This document shows, one piece after another, positions 1 to 10,459 of a stretch of 64,000 nt of DNA; positions within the stretch are counted from its first letter, which is position 1, and each line of letters begins with the position of its first letter. The notes under the pieces were generated by a model. It searched no databases. It was given only the letters and a program-made list of their open reading frames with translations, and was not told the origin of the DNA. Made by a program: the position numbers and the translations under genes. Source of the DNA: an uncultured bacterium (GTDB lineage: Bacteria > Fidelibacterota > Marinisomatia > Marinisomatales > UBA1611); assembly GCA_965660855.1 (NCBI GenBank), contig CBFIBM010000009.1, forward strand, positions 1-64,000. Direction: 5' to 3'.

Positions 1-65
1 ACATAAATAAGAACTAATAGAAGCGCGACTACATTAAGAAATATATATTTTGTTTTTTGACTCAT
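1..65 (-). CDS. Partial CDS (5' end only), probable PilO-like membrane-anchored pilus assembly protein
   Basis: Minus-strand ATG at 65, 5 nt after the stop of the 2107-aa gene. Reads MSQKTKYIFLNVVALLLVLIY (basic N-terminus then hydrophobic TM) off the window edge. Position after a PilN-like domain fits pilMNO order. Confidence 0.45.
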   Translation of the reverse strand, partial: MSQKTKYIFLNVVALLLVLIY

Positions 66-70
66 TCTTT

Positions 71-3000
71 TTAGTAGACCATACTCATATTAAATGCAGT
101 TTTATATTTTTTTTGTACATCAGGTTTACTTAGTTCGACTTTTTTGAAATGATCTGAGCCTTCTAAATCATTTATAAAGTTTTCTATAAGTAATAAAGAG
201 CTTTCTAAACCTTTATTAAAAAAACCTTCAACATTTATGATAATATCTGTATCGTTTTTTTGATTATTTTCCTGAAAATAGTTTGGTTGCAGCTTATCTA
301 AGGTTATTCCTGTAACATTAAATGTCTTCGGAATTTTATTGCTTAAAAATTTTAAAATATCTATCATTTCAGAGGAAACTTTATCGTCCTCATTAATGAT
401 GGTATAGTATGTTTTTACTAATTCATTATCTTTTTTAACAACGTTTTTTATTTCTGTTCGCATATTTAAAAGTTCTAGCTCTGCTTTCTTTATGGGCAAT
501 TCTTCTTCGAGAGGATTAATCTGTTGAACTTTTATAAATGACGAAATTGTAAAAACAAATAAGAGCGTAATTAAGACGTTCTGCATTACTTTATTTGTAA
601 AATAAAAGGACTCATTTACCCTATCTTCCTCTGGAATTAAATTAAGTTCCATAAAGGGATCCATTAAAAGTCCAAAATTTGCCGTAAAATCATTTTCAAT
701 TGTATTCTTAAAATCAGACTTGTTTTTCTTTAAAATAAAATCACTTTTAGTTTGAATTATTTCTATGGAACGATCTAAATCTTTTAGAATTAATTCTTGC
801 TCAGCTTCTTGAGCACGAAATTCTTTTAGTTCTTTTTCCATCTTTTTTATACGATCTCCATAATTAAAAGCAAGGCCTTTTAAATCATTTATGTTATCCT
901 CAACTGCAACGATTTCATGTTTTTCTTTTGTTATTTGTAATTCTAGTGTTGTGCAAACCTCCTCCATCTTCTTTATTTTGTTTTGGCTCAATTTTTCAGA
1001 TTCTATAATCAGATTTCTTATAGATGTTTTTTTATGTTTTAGAACTCCAATCTCTTCTTCAAGCAAAACAATATCATTAAAAACTTCTTTAGATTTTGAT
1101 TTTAGCTTAGCAATGCTCGAATAACTTTCTATTTGGTCATTATCGATGCCCCAATCAAAAGTTTCCTCGTTATTTTCATCTTCATAAAATGATTTTTCAA
1201 GGGCCACTTTCATTTGAGAATTAACTTTTGACAGTTCTTCATTTATTATGGCTATATCTACTTTAAATTTTCGTAAAGTACTTTTTAAATCATCAATTTC
1301 TAAATCAAGTGCTTCTGAATCTTTTAACTTTGAATCAATTAACGTTTGGACTACAGAAATTCTTTCATTGATTAATAATTTAGCAGAAGGATAAGATTCT
1401 TTGATATTTAAGATTAGATCTAATGTTTTATGATATTCACTTTTAATATCTCTTAGATAGTTTAAATTGGTCTCGATTATTTTATCTATCTTTATTTGAT
1501 CATCTCTAAGATAAGATAAATCATTTATAATTAAATGAATATTCCTTTGGAAACTTGTTTGCTCCTCTTTCTTTCTTCCAATTATAGAATTTATTTTATA
1601 GATAACATTTTCAGATTGACCTAGGTTCCTAATCAGATCTTTTTCAATTTGAAGCATAAACTCCATATGATTTTTTAAATTTGATTTATTTAATTTTTTC
1701 TTAAATGGATATTTTAAGAACTCATCTTTATTTTTTTTATTCATTGAGCTTTGAACTTTTTCTTGCAGAAAGATTGTTTTTGTTTGGAGCTCTTCCATTT
1801 CAGAGGTTTTATTCCTAAGATGCTCGCTTAGATCATCATATTTATTAATACAATTAATTAAAACACTTTGTTTTTTGAGTAAGTTTTTTGTATTGAGATC
1901 ATATTTTAAGTTCAAATCATTTTCTATTGATCTATTCTTACTTTCTGTATTGCTAATTATATTTTTATAATCTAAAACTCTTTTTTGTTCTCTTTTTAAT
2001 TTTCTCTCAAGCCTCTGGTGTAATTTCTTTGCATCTTTTATATTGCTTTTTAATTGATCACTCTTACTGTTTGTTTTTTCAATTTCTTCCAAGTCTGCTA
2101 ATATTTCATTCTCAATTCTTGAAGTTTCAGTAATAATTTTCTCATTTTGAAATTGTGTATTTAAATCACTTAATAAGCTTTTATAATCTCTTTCTACAAC
2201 CTCTAATTTTTTATCAAATGATGCGACTTTCATCGCCATTTTGGTATCAATATCATACTCAGCACGAGATTTCTTTTCAGGGATCTTAATTAATTGAATA
2301 TCTAGTCTCTTGATATCTTCTTGCCCTTGATCAATATAATTATCCAGAGTCATCTTTTTCTTAAGAAAAAAATTGTTTTTACTTTCCAGCTCTTCTGTCA
2401 ATTGCTGGATGGTATCTTCAAATCTGGAAATTTTGAGTTCTGCTGCTTTAATTTTTTGCCGAATAACTTTTTGCCTCCCTCCAAAAGGTTGTATTTTGGC
2501 AGATACTTCACGATGACTTTTTCGGTACTTTTTCATGAAAACATCATACCTTGTTTTAAAAAGATTAAATGAAATTTGTTCTTTTTCTATTTCTTCTAAA
2601 TCTAGTTTAATACTTTCTTCAGCCATAGATTTAGCTATTCTATTTGAATCTCTGCTATCATTAAATCGAGAAATACCTTTTTCTACAAATGATATGTAAG
2701 ATGGTGTTTTTTTTCTATTGATACTTTCTTGAAGAGTTTTCAATCTATTTTTATATCCATCTTCTTCATGCTTTAGAAGCAAATCCCATTCTAATTTTTT
2801 ATTCTCAAGGTTTATTAGCCTTTCTTCAATTCTTCTTCCTTTCTTTAAATCTCTCAAAAATAATTTAATAGCTTCACGATTTTTGGATATTTCAGGAATT
2901 AATTTTTTCTTTTTTTCAAACAATGCCTTATCACTTTTCTGTTTATCTATTTCAGCTTTAGTTTTGTCTTTATCTAATTGAAGTAAATATGTGTTTATTG

Positions 3001-6000
3001 ATTGTCTTTTTTTCTTCAACGTAGCTTCTTCTTTTTCGAAGAAAGTCTTTATTGTACTATTTTTTGTTTTTTCTGATTCTTTTATTTTTTGATTTCTATT
3101 TTGATTAATAATATTAATTTGTTTTTTAAATTGATTAGAAATAATGTTTTCCTCTCTTGAGTATTGTTCGGATACTGCCATTTTTTCTTCATTAAGATCT
3201 TCTAAATCACTCTTTTTATTTAGGATATTTTTTTCTAATTGGACACAATTGTTTTCTGATTCTGAAACTTCTTTTTTGGCCTGTTTAATGAAATAAATTT
3301 GCTCTTCAATTTTTTCTGATAGGTCATTATTATCTTTTTCTAATTTTTTTAAGTCATTTTCTTTTGAACTAAGATCATGATTATTCCTTTTTTGAGCTCT
3401 TTTTATTTCGATATTAATTTGACTATTTTCATCTTCTATATCTTCAACTTCATCTTTTATCTTTTTTATATCTTTTTCTAAATCTTTTACCTCATCGTTA
3501 CTCAACTTTATTTGTTTTTTCAATTCATCCATGAGCTGATTTTGATGATCTATATCATTTAATATTTGAATACTTTCCCGGACAAATGTCAATAAATCTT
3601 TAAGCCCAACTCTTTTATCTTCCTTTCCTCTTAAATCTTTTTCAATACTATCCAATTCATTCGTTATAAGTTGTAGTGACTTTTTCAATTCCTTTTGATT
3701 TATGTTTGATTTTTTTATTTGATTTTTAATTTTTTGATTTTTATCAATCAATTCTTCTTGGTCTTTATTAATTTTTATTATCGTAGAAAAAAAGGTTTTT
3801 AACTCGATCACTGCATCTGGTACTTCTAAAATCATTGATAAAAGATTCATTAAATTTCTTTTCGTAGAGTCACCCCGATCTCCATCTATAAACTGGTTTT
3901 GATCTACTTCACCATTAATAGAAGCGCTAAAAGATTCTTTAATTTCATTTACTCTTTTAGTATTTTGAATGATCAAATAACTAGCTTCGTTCAAACTATT
4001 TAAATCTTTATCAGAGATATCTTCTATAGATCTAACCTTATCAATAAAAGATTTTTTAAATGCATTTGCAGTTCTTTGTATGGATTCCTTCAAATATTCA
4101 AAGGTAGAATATTCAGTTTGACCATTATCAAGTTTTATATTGTTAACTTGAATTTCATCTAGTTTTTTTATTATTTGTTGTTCTAATGAATCAATTTTAT
4201 TCTCGAGTTCTTCTTTTTCTTCAGAAAATTTATACCTAGAGTTTGTTGCAGATTTAATTTTTGCCTGGTATTTGTTTTTATTACCTTGTTTAAAATTTTT
4301 ATTTTTTTTTGAATTTTGATCATAGCCATATTCGATTTCTGATATTTTTTCTTTTAGTTGTTCTTGCAGATTATAATTATTTAGTAAAATAGCACCTTTA
4401 TTTTCTAAATCGTTTGTAACCATAGCAAAATCATCATTCAATATCTTCTGCTGAGATGTGAAATCTTGTTTTAATTCTTTAAAATCTTTTGCGGTATGAA
4501 CTAAATTTTTTGTTGCCTGATCAATGGATTTGATTTTGGTACTTTTCTCTATCTCAAGTCTTGCCAGTTTATATTTAATACTCTCTGGACTTTTAATTGC
4601 TTCTATTGCTATCTTCTTCTTTTGAATTGTATTTTTGATTGAGTTTAAACTACTATTAGATTTTTCTCTCTTTTTAAAAATCTTATTTTTATGAATATTG
4701 AACAGAAAATCACTTTTTTCTATTTTAGATTTTTTTAGAAAGTCATCATTTATTTTTGCCAAACTCTCTACCCCACATTTTAGTATGTGGGTAAGGTTGG
4801 TATTTAAATTTTTTATATGACTTCCAGGCCCACAAATGTATGCTTTAGAAATAGATTCTTCCTCTTGATAAAAATCAAAATCAGATATCAATTCAACTGA
4901 TTTTTTTAATTCATTTTTAAAGGTAATAAATAATTCAGAAAGGATCGATTGTGCTTTTACATTTGAGAAACCGTCTAACAGTATATCTTCAAACGGCTCA
5001 GTTCCCATACCATAAAAGGAGAGATAGTGAGCAGCATCAAAATAAATTTGATCTCCTATTAATGATTTTGTTGAAATACCCATCAATCTCTTTAAAAAAA
5101 AGTTTAATCCTTTTGGAAATTCTGATGACCCTAAAATTGTCTTATTTTTACAAATGGTAATATGAGTTTTTTCATTACCTATATAGCAGAGTAATGTAAG
5201 ATTATTTTTTTCGTTAAGGTTATAATAGCTATAAAGGTTATAAATAATTTTAGGAATAGAGGTATTATAACTGACGCTTATTCCGTGTTTTTTAAGCTTA
5301 GAAACATCCTCAGTAACTAATTGTTTATTTTTTGTGTAAATAACTGATGTATAACCACTCTTATCGGATTTGTTGTCACTGATAATATTTTTCTTTTCTA
5401 AGGAAAAACTTTTAAAAATCCTATTGATAGTTTTTTTATTTTGCCCTTTACTTTTAGTCAAATATGTCATCTCATATTGATGGTATTCAGAGTGAATGCT
5501 TATAAAGATTTTCCCTCTTTTATTATCATAGATAATTTGATCAATTACATTAATAATAAAGTCCGGAAGATTATGAATTGTAAAATCTTTTTCAATAAAA
5601 GGAACTTTGTATTTATTAGAGCTATAAATTTCAAATCCAATTTTTGAAAGTTTGCAGTGCAAAACTGTTACAAAATTTCCATCATAAACAAAGGAAATTG
5701 CATTTTTTACACCTCTCATTTTTAATAAATAATTTTTGACAGGAATAGATATGTTTTTATCTTGTTTCGGATTTTTTGAAAGACTATTTATATCTTTATA
5801 ATTATTATTAGTTTGATCTTTCACCCTCCTATCAAAGATTTCTCTTCTTTCAATTTGAATTCGCTGGTCTAAATTAATTCGTTGTTCATGATTCTTTCGT
5901 CTTTCATATCCTTTGAAATTATTTTTAGTAGTATTACGCCTGGAGATATGCTGTCTTCGGAATACAACTCTACGTTCAATTCTTCTTCGTCTCTGAATTT

Positions 6001-6394
6001 TCCTTGTTATTACTTCTGATGTTTTTATATCATCATTCGATAGGTTCTTAGGATTCTCTTTGCCAATCAAAGCCTCATCCTTAGTTTGATCTTTTTTTAT
6101 TGTATTTTTAATTAAAGGCTTTGTAATAAAATTTTTTGATGTAGGGAAAAAGGTTTTTTGATCTACACCATTAATCTTTATAATATTGGAAATATATAGA
6201 ATATCATAAGAAATTAGATTTTTAATATGATAGTAAATTTTATCTTTAGGAAACGATACTGAATTAGAGATTTCTGTAGCAGTTTTTGGAGACTCGCTTA
6301 AGCAATTGAGGATATCACGTATCAAAGGCTTATTTAAAAGCTTTATTACCTTTGCATCCGTTATAAGGACCTTGTCTGTTTGTTTTAATTTCAT
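71..6394 (-). CDS. Giant fusion protein: N-terminal winged HTH, Arg-rich repeats, PilM-like actin-fold domain, about 1300-aa coiled coil, TM, PilN-like C-terminal domain
   Basis: ArsR-like HTH (KPLIRDILNCLSESPKTATEISNSVSFPKDKIYYHIKNL). PilM-like motifs LLCYIGNEKTHITI, AYICGPGSHIKNL and FTANFGLL. PilN-like LNLIP motif, TM VLITLLFVFTISSFI, and C-terminal INVEGF...FINDLEGSDHFKKVEL. Middle is heptad-like and K/E/L/I-rich. Confidence 0.65.
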   Translation of the reverse strand: MKLKQTDKVLITDAKVIKLLNKPLIRDILNCLSESPKTATEISNSVSFPKDKIYYHIKNLISYDILYISNIIKINGVDQKTFFPTSKNFITKPLIKNTIKKDQTKDEALIGKENPKNLSNDDIKTSEVITRKIQRRRRIERRVVFRRQHISRRNTTKNNFKGYERRKNHEQRINLDQRIQIERREIFDRRVKDQTNNNYKDINSLSKNPKQDKNISIPVKNYLLKMRGVKNAISFVYDGNFVTVLHCKLSKIGFEIYSSNKYKVPFIEKDFTIHNLPDFIINVIDQIIYDNKRGKIFISIHSEYHQYEMTYLTKSKGQNKKTINRIFKSFSLEKKNIISDNKSDKSGYTSVIYTKNKQLVTEDVSKLKKHGISVSYNTSIPKIIYNLYSYYNLNEKNNLTLLCYIGNEKTHITICKNKTILGSSEFPKGLNFFLKRLMGISTKSLIGDQIYFDAAHYLSFYGMGTEPFEDILLDGFSNVKAQSILSELFITFKNELKKSVELISDFDFYQEEESISKAYICGPGSHIKNLNTNLTHILKCGVESLAKINDDFLKKSKIEKSDFLFNIHKNKIFKKREKSNSSLNSIKNTIQKKKIAIEAIKSPESIKYKLARLEIEKSTKIKSIDQATKNLVHTAKDFKELKQDFTSQQKILNDDFAMVTNDLENKGAILLNNYNLQEQLKEKISEIEYGYDQNSKKNKNFKQGNKNKYQAKIKSATNSRYKFSEEKEELENKIDSLEQQIIKKLDEIQVNNIKLDNGQTEYSTFEYLKESIQRTANAFKKSFIDKVRSIEDISDKDLNSLNEASYLIIQNTKRVNEIKESFSASINGEVDQNQFIDGDRGDSTKRNLMNLLSMILEVPDAVIELKTFFSTIIKINKDQEELIDKNQKIKNQIKKSNINQKELKKSLQLITNELDSIEKDLRGKEDKRVGLKDLLTFVRESIQILNDIDHQNQLMDELKKQIKLSNDEVKDLEKDIKKIKDEVEDIEDENSQINIEIKRAQKRNNHDLSSKENDLKKLEKDNNDLSEKIEEQIYFIKQAKKEVSESENNCVQLEKNILNKKSDLEDLNEEKMAVSEQYSREENIISNQFKKQINIINQNRNQKIKESEKTKNSTIKTFFEKEEATLKKKRQSINTYLLQLDKDKTKAEIDKQKSDKALFEKKKKLIPEISKNREAIKLFLRDLKKGRRIEERLINLENKKLEWDLLLKHEEDGYKNRLKTLQESINRKKTPSYISFVEKGISRFNDSRDSNRIAKSMAEESIKLDLEEIEKEQISFNLFKTRYDVFMKKYRKSHREVSAKIQPFGGRQKVIRQKIKAAELKISRFEDTIQQLTEELESKNNFFLKKKMTLDNYIDQGQEDIKRLDIQLIKIPEKKSRAEYDIDTKMAMKVASFDKKLEVVERDYKSLLSDLNTQFQNEKIITETSRIENEILADLEEIEKTNSKSDQLKSNIKDAKKLHQRLERKLKREQKRVLDYKNIISNTESKNRSIENDLNLKYDLNTKNLLKKQSVLINCINKYDDLSEHLRNKTSEMEELQTKTIFLQEKVQSSMNKKNKDEFLKYPFKKKLNKSNLKNHMEFMLQIEKDLIRNLGQSENVIYKINSIIGRKKEEQTSFQRNIHLIINDLSYLRDDQIKIDKIIETNLNYLRDIKSEYHKTLDLILNIKESYPSAKLLINERISVVQTLIDSKLKDSEALDLEIDDLKSTLRKFKVDIAIINEELSKVNSQMKVALEKSFYEDENNEETFDWGIDNDQIESYSSIAKLKSKSKEVFNDIVLLEEEIGVLKHKKTSIRNLIIESEKLSQNKIKKMEEVCTTLELQITKEKHEIVAVEDNINDLKGLAFNYGDRIKKMEKELKEFRAQEAEQELILKDLDRSIEIIQTKSDFILKKNKSDFKNTIENDFTANFGLLMDPFMELNLIPEEDRVNESFYFTNKVMQNVLITLLFVFTISSFIKVQQINPLEEELPIKKAELELLNMRTEIKNVVKKDNELVKTYYTIINEDDKVSSEMIDILKFLSNKIPKTFNVTGITLDKLQPNYFQENNQKNDTDIIINVEGFFNKGLESSLLLIENFINDLEGSDHFKKVELSKPDVQKKYKTAFNMSMVY

Positions 6395-6719
6395 TTTACA
6401 TTTGCTACTTCATAACAAATGCAAAGTCACATTTCTACAACTAGAATTATGTTCCTATCTGTAATATGACTCCGCATCATTAATTACCTCGGAATAAGTA
6501 ATTTAGTTAATTTATCTTATTACAACTATAAATTACAAGGAATCTTTTAATTTACAATTAACATAAATTTTCAATCATTTTTCAAACTTATTTTTTAATA
6601 TAAAAAAAATTTTATTTAAATAAAAAATTCTGTGATTATAATTTTTACATTAAAATTACTTTTTGTAATTTTTTTATATAAATAGAATTATCATTTTATC
6701 TATTGTGAAAAAAAAATTT

Positions 6720-6943
6720 AATTTGGGCTGCGCCCAAATTAGTAATGGGCCATAATCCAACTACATGGGCATTCCTAATCGAAGGTAAATATATTACTGC
6801 CCATAATTTTTAAGAAAAATTTTTTAAAAAATTCATTATCTGGGCGAAAATTATAAATACTAAAAACTCTTTAATCATCTTTAATTAATAATTATATTAA
6901 ATACACACATTGTAATTAATTGTTTGTTACCTTATTATTGGGC
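6720..6943. promoter_or_regulatory. Cluster of TGGGC/GCCCA motifs with a perfect inverted repeat in a divergent intergenic region
   Basis: AATTTGGGC-TGC-GCCCAAATT at 6720-6740. TGGGC or GCCCA starts at 6724, 6732, 6746, 6766, 6799, 6841 and 6939 within an extremely AT-rich 646-bp spacer. Confidence 0.45.
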
Positions 6944-7040
6944 TTAAAAATTTCATTATTATTCCAGTAAATATTACAACTAATATTTAAATTACTGTAA
7001 AATTAATATTTTACCTTAATTTGTTTATTCAAACAAAAAA

Positions 7041-8822
7041 ATGAAAAAACATATCAACTCCCTGTCAGCATTAAAAGAATTACAAAGATATATAGCTCCG
7101 TGGAAAAGAGATTATTATTTAGGTAGTATTTATTCTTTCTTCAATAAACTATTTGATATAGCACCTGAAATTTTAATTGGAGTAGCAGTTGATCTTGTTG
7201 TAAAAAAAAATGATAGCTTTGTTTCTTCGCTAGGCTTTCAATCTATTTCAAGCCAAGTAATGTTTTTGGGAGCTGCCACTTTTGTAATTTGGGTATTAGA
7301 ATCTACTTTTGAATATCTCTATCTAGTTAGATGGCGAAGCTTAGCTCAAAAAGTTGAACATGCTTTACGTATAGAAGCATATGACCATGCACAAAAATTG
7401 GATATTAGTTGGCATGAGTCTAATACTACTGGTGATATTGCAGCTATTTTGAATGATGATATTAATCAATTAGAAAAATTCTTAAACAATGGTATTAATC
7501 AAATTATTCAAGTATCCGTTTCAACTATAAGTATTGGTTTAATCTTTTTCTATATATCTCCTCTTATCGCATCTATAGCAATTCTTCCAGTACCTATAAT
7601 ATTTTTTGTTAGTTTCATTTTCCAGAAAAGGCTTTCACCAATATATAAAAGTGTTCGAGATAAAGCAGGACTTATAAATTCATCAATAATAAATAACCTC
7701 CTTGGTATTCAAACAATAAAAAGCTTTATGACATATGCTCAAGAAAAAGAAAATATTAGTTATTTAAGCGATCAATATCAAAAAGAGAATATAAATGCAA
7801 TTTCAATTAATAGCGCTTTCAACCCAGTAATAAGAATGGGGGTACTTGCAGGATTTTTAGGAACAATTTTAATTGGAAGTTCTATGGCATTAAAAGGTAC
7901 GTTAGCAGTTGGGGCTTATAGCGTACTGGTGTTTTTAACTCAAAGATTTTTATGGCCTTTTACAAGTCTTTCAATACTTGTAGATGACTTCGAAAGATCT
8001 ATGGCTTCAAGTAGAAGAATTTTTGATTTAATGAATTCTAAAATAAAAATTAAAGATCACTTAGAAGCAGTTCACGTTGAACATTTGAGATCAGATATTT
8101 CTTTTAACTCGCTTAGTTTTCGCTACCCTAAAGGAGAATCATTATTTAAAAACTTTAGTGTAACCATCCCATTTGGATCATCTATTGGAATTGTTGGAGA
8201 TACGGGTTCGGGAAAGACTACCATAGCTAAATTAATTTTGAGACTTTATGATCCAGATAGTGGTCATATAAAAATTGGTCAGCATAATATAAAAGATATA
8301 CCATTAGAAAAATTAAGAGAAAAAATTGGAATCGTAAATCAAGATACATTTTTATTCAATGCAACTGTAAAAGAAAATATCTCGTATGGAATGGGCATTG
8401 TAAAAAATGAATCTATTGTAAAAGCAGCTAGAGATAGTTATTCGTTTGATTTTATTGAATCTTTAGCGAACGGATTTAACACCGTTGTGGGAGAGAGAGG
8501 CCAACGTCTTTCTGGAGGACAAAAGCAGAGAATTGCTATCGCCCGGGCAATAATTAGAAATCCTGACATTTTAATTTTTGACGAAGCAACATCCTCTGTA
8601 GATAATAAGACTGAGCAGTTAATTCAAAAATCTTTTAATGAGCTCAAAGGAAATAGAACTATTGTAATTATCGCACATAGACTTTCTACAATAAGAAATT
8701 GTGATAATATTTTAGTTATTAAAGACTCAAGTATTTTTGAGCAAGGCACCCACAATGACTTAATTAAAAAAGATGGTTTTTATAGTCAATTATGGAATAT
8801 TCAAACAGGTAAACAAATATAA
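7041..8822 (+). CDS. ABC exporter, fused permease/ATP-binding protein (MsbA/MdlB-like)
   Basis: N-terminal TM domain, Walker A GDTGSGKT, LSGGQ signature, Walker B ILIFDEATS, H-loop IAHRLST. Confidence 0.93.
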   Translation: MKKHINSLSALKELQRYIAPWKRDYYLGSIYSFFNKLFDIAPEILIGVAVDLVVKKNDSFVSSLGFQSISSQVMFLGAATFVIWVLESTFEYLYLVRWRSLAQKVEHALRIEAYDHAQKLDISWHESNTTGDIAAILNDDINQLEKFLNNGINQIIQVSVSTISIGLIFFYISPLIASIAILPVPIIFFVSFIFQKRLSPIYKSVRDKAGLINSSIINNLLGIQTIKSFMTYAQEKENISYLSDQYQKENINAISINSAFNPVIRMGVLAGFLGTILIGSSMALKGTLAVGAYSVLVFLTQRFLWPFTSLSILVDDFERSMASSRRIFDLMNSKIKIKDHLEAVHVEHLRSDISFNSLSFRYPKGESLFKNFSVTIPFGSSIGIVGDTGSGKTTIAKLILRLYDPDSGHIKIGQHNIKDIPLEKLREKIGIVNQDTFLFNATVKENISYGMGIVKNESIVKAARDSYSFDFIESLANGFNTVVGERGQRLSGGQKQRIAIARAIIRNPDILIFDEATSSVDNKTEQLIQKSFNELKGNRTIVIIAHRLSTIRNCDNILVIKDSSIFEQGTHNDLIKKDGFYSQLWNIQTGKQI

Positions 8823-8829
8823 TAATGTT

Positions 8830-10425
8830 TTAAGACCTCGCATTTACCGATAGCAAATAATCTTCATAGCCACTTCCGTAATCAGTTATTTTATCAGGGG
8901 CAAGCTCAATTATTCTAGTTGCTAATGATGATACAAATTCACGATCATGGCTAACAACTATTAACGTTCCGGTGAAAAGACTTAGCGAAGAATTTAAAGC
9001 CTCTATTGATTCCATATCTAAATGATTTGTTGGTTCATCCATAATAATTAGATTAGGTCTTTGGAGTATTATTTTACCAAATAACATTCTCCTTTGTTCT
9101 CCACCTGACAAAACACTAATTGGTTTATTAATATCATCTTGTGAAAACAAAAGTCTTCCTAAGGTTCCTCTTATTACTTGTAAGTCATCGTCTTTATGCC
9201 CCCATTGACTCATCCAATCAAATAAAGATTTATCCGATTTAAATTCTTCACTATGATTTTGTGCAAAATATCCAATTCTAACATTCTCGGACCATTTAAC
9301 TTCACCAGTATCTATGCTCTCATCTCCAACTAGGCAACTTAGAAGAGTAGTTTTTCCGATTCCATTTTCTCCGATAATAGCAATTTTCTCACCTACATCA
9401 ATATCAAAACTAAGCTTATTAAGTACATTTAAGTCTCCATAACTTTTAGATATCGACTTAACTTTTAATACATTATTAAATACTTTTTTATCGTAGTTAA
9501 ATCTAATAAAAGGATATACTCTACTGGATTTTTTAATATCATCTAATTTTATTTTACTTATTTGATTTGCTCGAGAAGTTGCTTGCTTTGCCTTACTAGC
9601 ATTAGCGCTAAATCGCTTAACAAAAGATTGTAATTCATCTATTTTTGCTTTTTTCTTTGCATTCTCAAGTAGCAATGTTTCTCTAGCTTGAGTAGAGGCA
9701 ATCATAAAATCATCATAATTCCCAGGGTATAGTCTTATTTCACCATAATCTAAATCTGCCATATCTGTACAAACACTGTTTAAAAAATGACGATCATGAG
9801 AAATTATAATCATGGTACTATTTCTTGAATTTAAAATCTCTTCTAACCAGCGAATTGTATTAATATCTAAATTATTCGTTGGTTCATCTAATAATAAAAT
9901 TTCCGGATTACCAAATAAAGCTTGTGCTAAAAGAACCCTCAATTTCATTCCTGGAGCTAGAGAGCTCATTAATTCTTCATGTTGTTCAATTGGGATTCCG
10001 ACGCCAAGCAACAAATCTCCAGCATTTGATTCTGCCATATATCCATCCATATCTGCAAATTCAACTTCCAGGTCTGCTACTTTCATTCCTTCCTCTTCAC
10101 TCATTTCTGGTAAAGAATATATCCTGTCTCTCTCTTTTTTTATTTCCCAAAGATCTTCATGACCCATAATAACACAATCAGAGATTTTAATCTTTTCATA
10201 AGCGAATTGATCTTGATTTAATTTTGCGATTCTCTGATTTTTCCCGATGACAACACTTCCTGAAGTTGGTGTTAAATCTCCAGTAAGTATTCGCATAAAA
10301 GTAGATTTACCTGAACCATTAGCACCGATTAATCCATATTTACCACCTTTCGAAAATGTAACAGTTATATCCTCAAATAGAGGCTCAGATCCAAACTGCA
10401 TTGATATATTATCTGTTGAAATCAT
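8830..10425 (-). CDS. ybiT: ABC-F family ATPase (YbiT-like)
   Basis: Two ABC domains ([16 protein letters not shown]), DEPTNNLD and DEPTNHLD, no TM, linker [14 protein letters not shown] typical of YbiT. Confidence 0.88.
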   Translation of the reverse strand: MISTDNISMQFGSEPLFEDITVTFSKGGKYGLIGANGSGKSTFMRILTGDLTPTSGSVVIGKNQRIAKLNQDQFAYEKIKISDCVIMGHEDLWEIKKERDRIYSLPEMSEEEGMKVADLEVEFADMDGYMAESNAGDLLLGVGIPIEQHEELMSSLAPGMKLRVLLAQALFGNPEILLLDEPTNNLDINTIRWLEEILNSRNSTMIIISHDRHFLNSVCTDMADLDYGEIRLYPGNYDDFMIASTQARETLLLENAKKKAKIDELQSFVKRFSANASKAKQATSRANQISKIKLDDIKKSSRVYPFIRFNYDKKVFNNVLKVKSISKSYGDLNVLNKLSFDIDVGEKIAIIGENGIGKTTLLSCLVGDESIDTGEVKWSENVRIGYFAQNHSEEFKSDKSLFDWMSQWGHKDDDLQVIRGTLGRLLFSQDDINKPISVLSGGEQRRMLFGKIILQRPNLIIMDEPTNHLDMESIEALNSSLSLFTGTLIVVSHDREFVSSLATRIIELAPDKITDYGSGYEDYLLSVNARS

Positions 10426-10459
10426 TCTTCCCTTTCTAAATTTATTTTAAAATAAATAT

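Noticed and set aside
71..6394. SMC/SbcC chromosome segregation ATPase call for the giant coiled-coil protein
   Set aside because: There is no N-terminal Walker A or C-terminal signature/Walker B; the ends look like HTH/PilM and TM/PilN instead.
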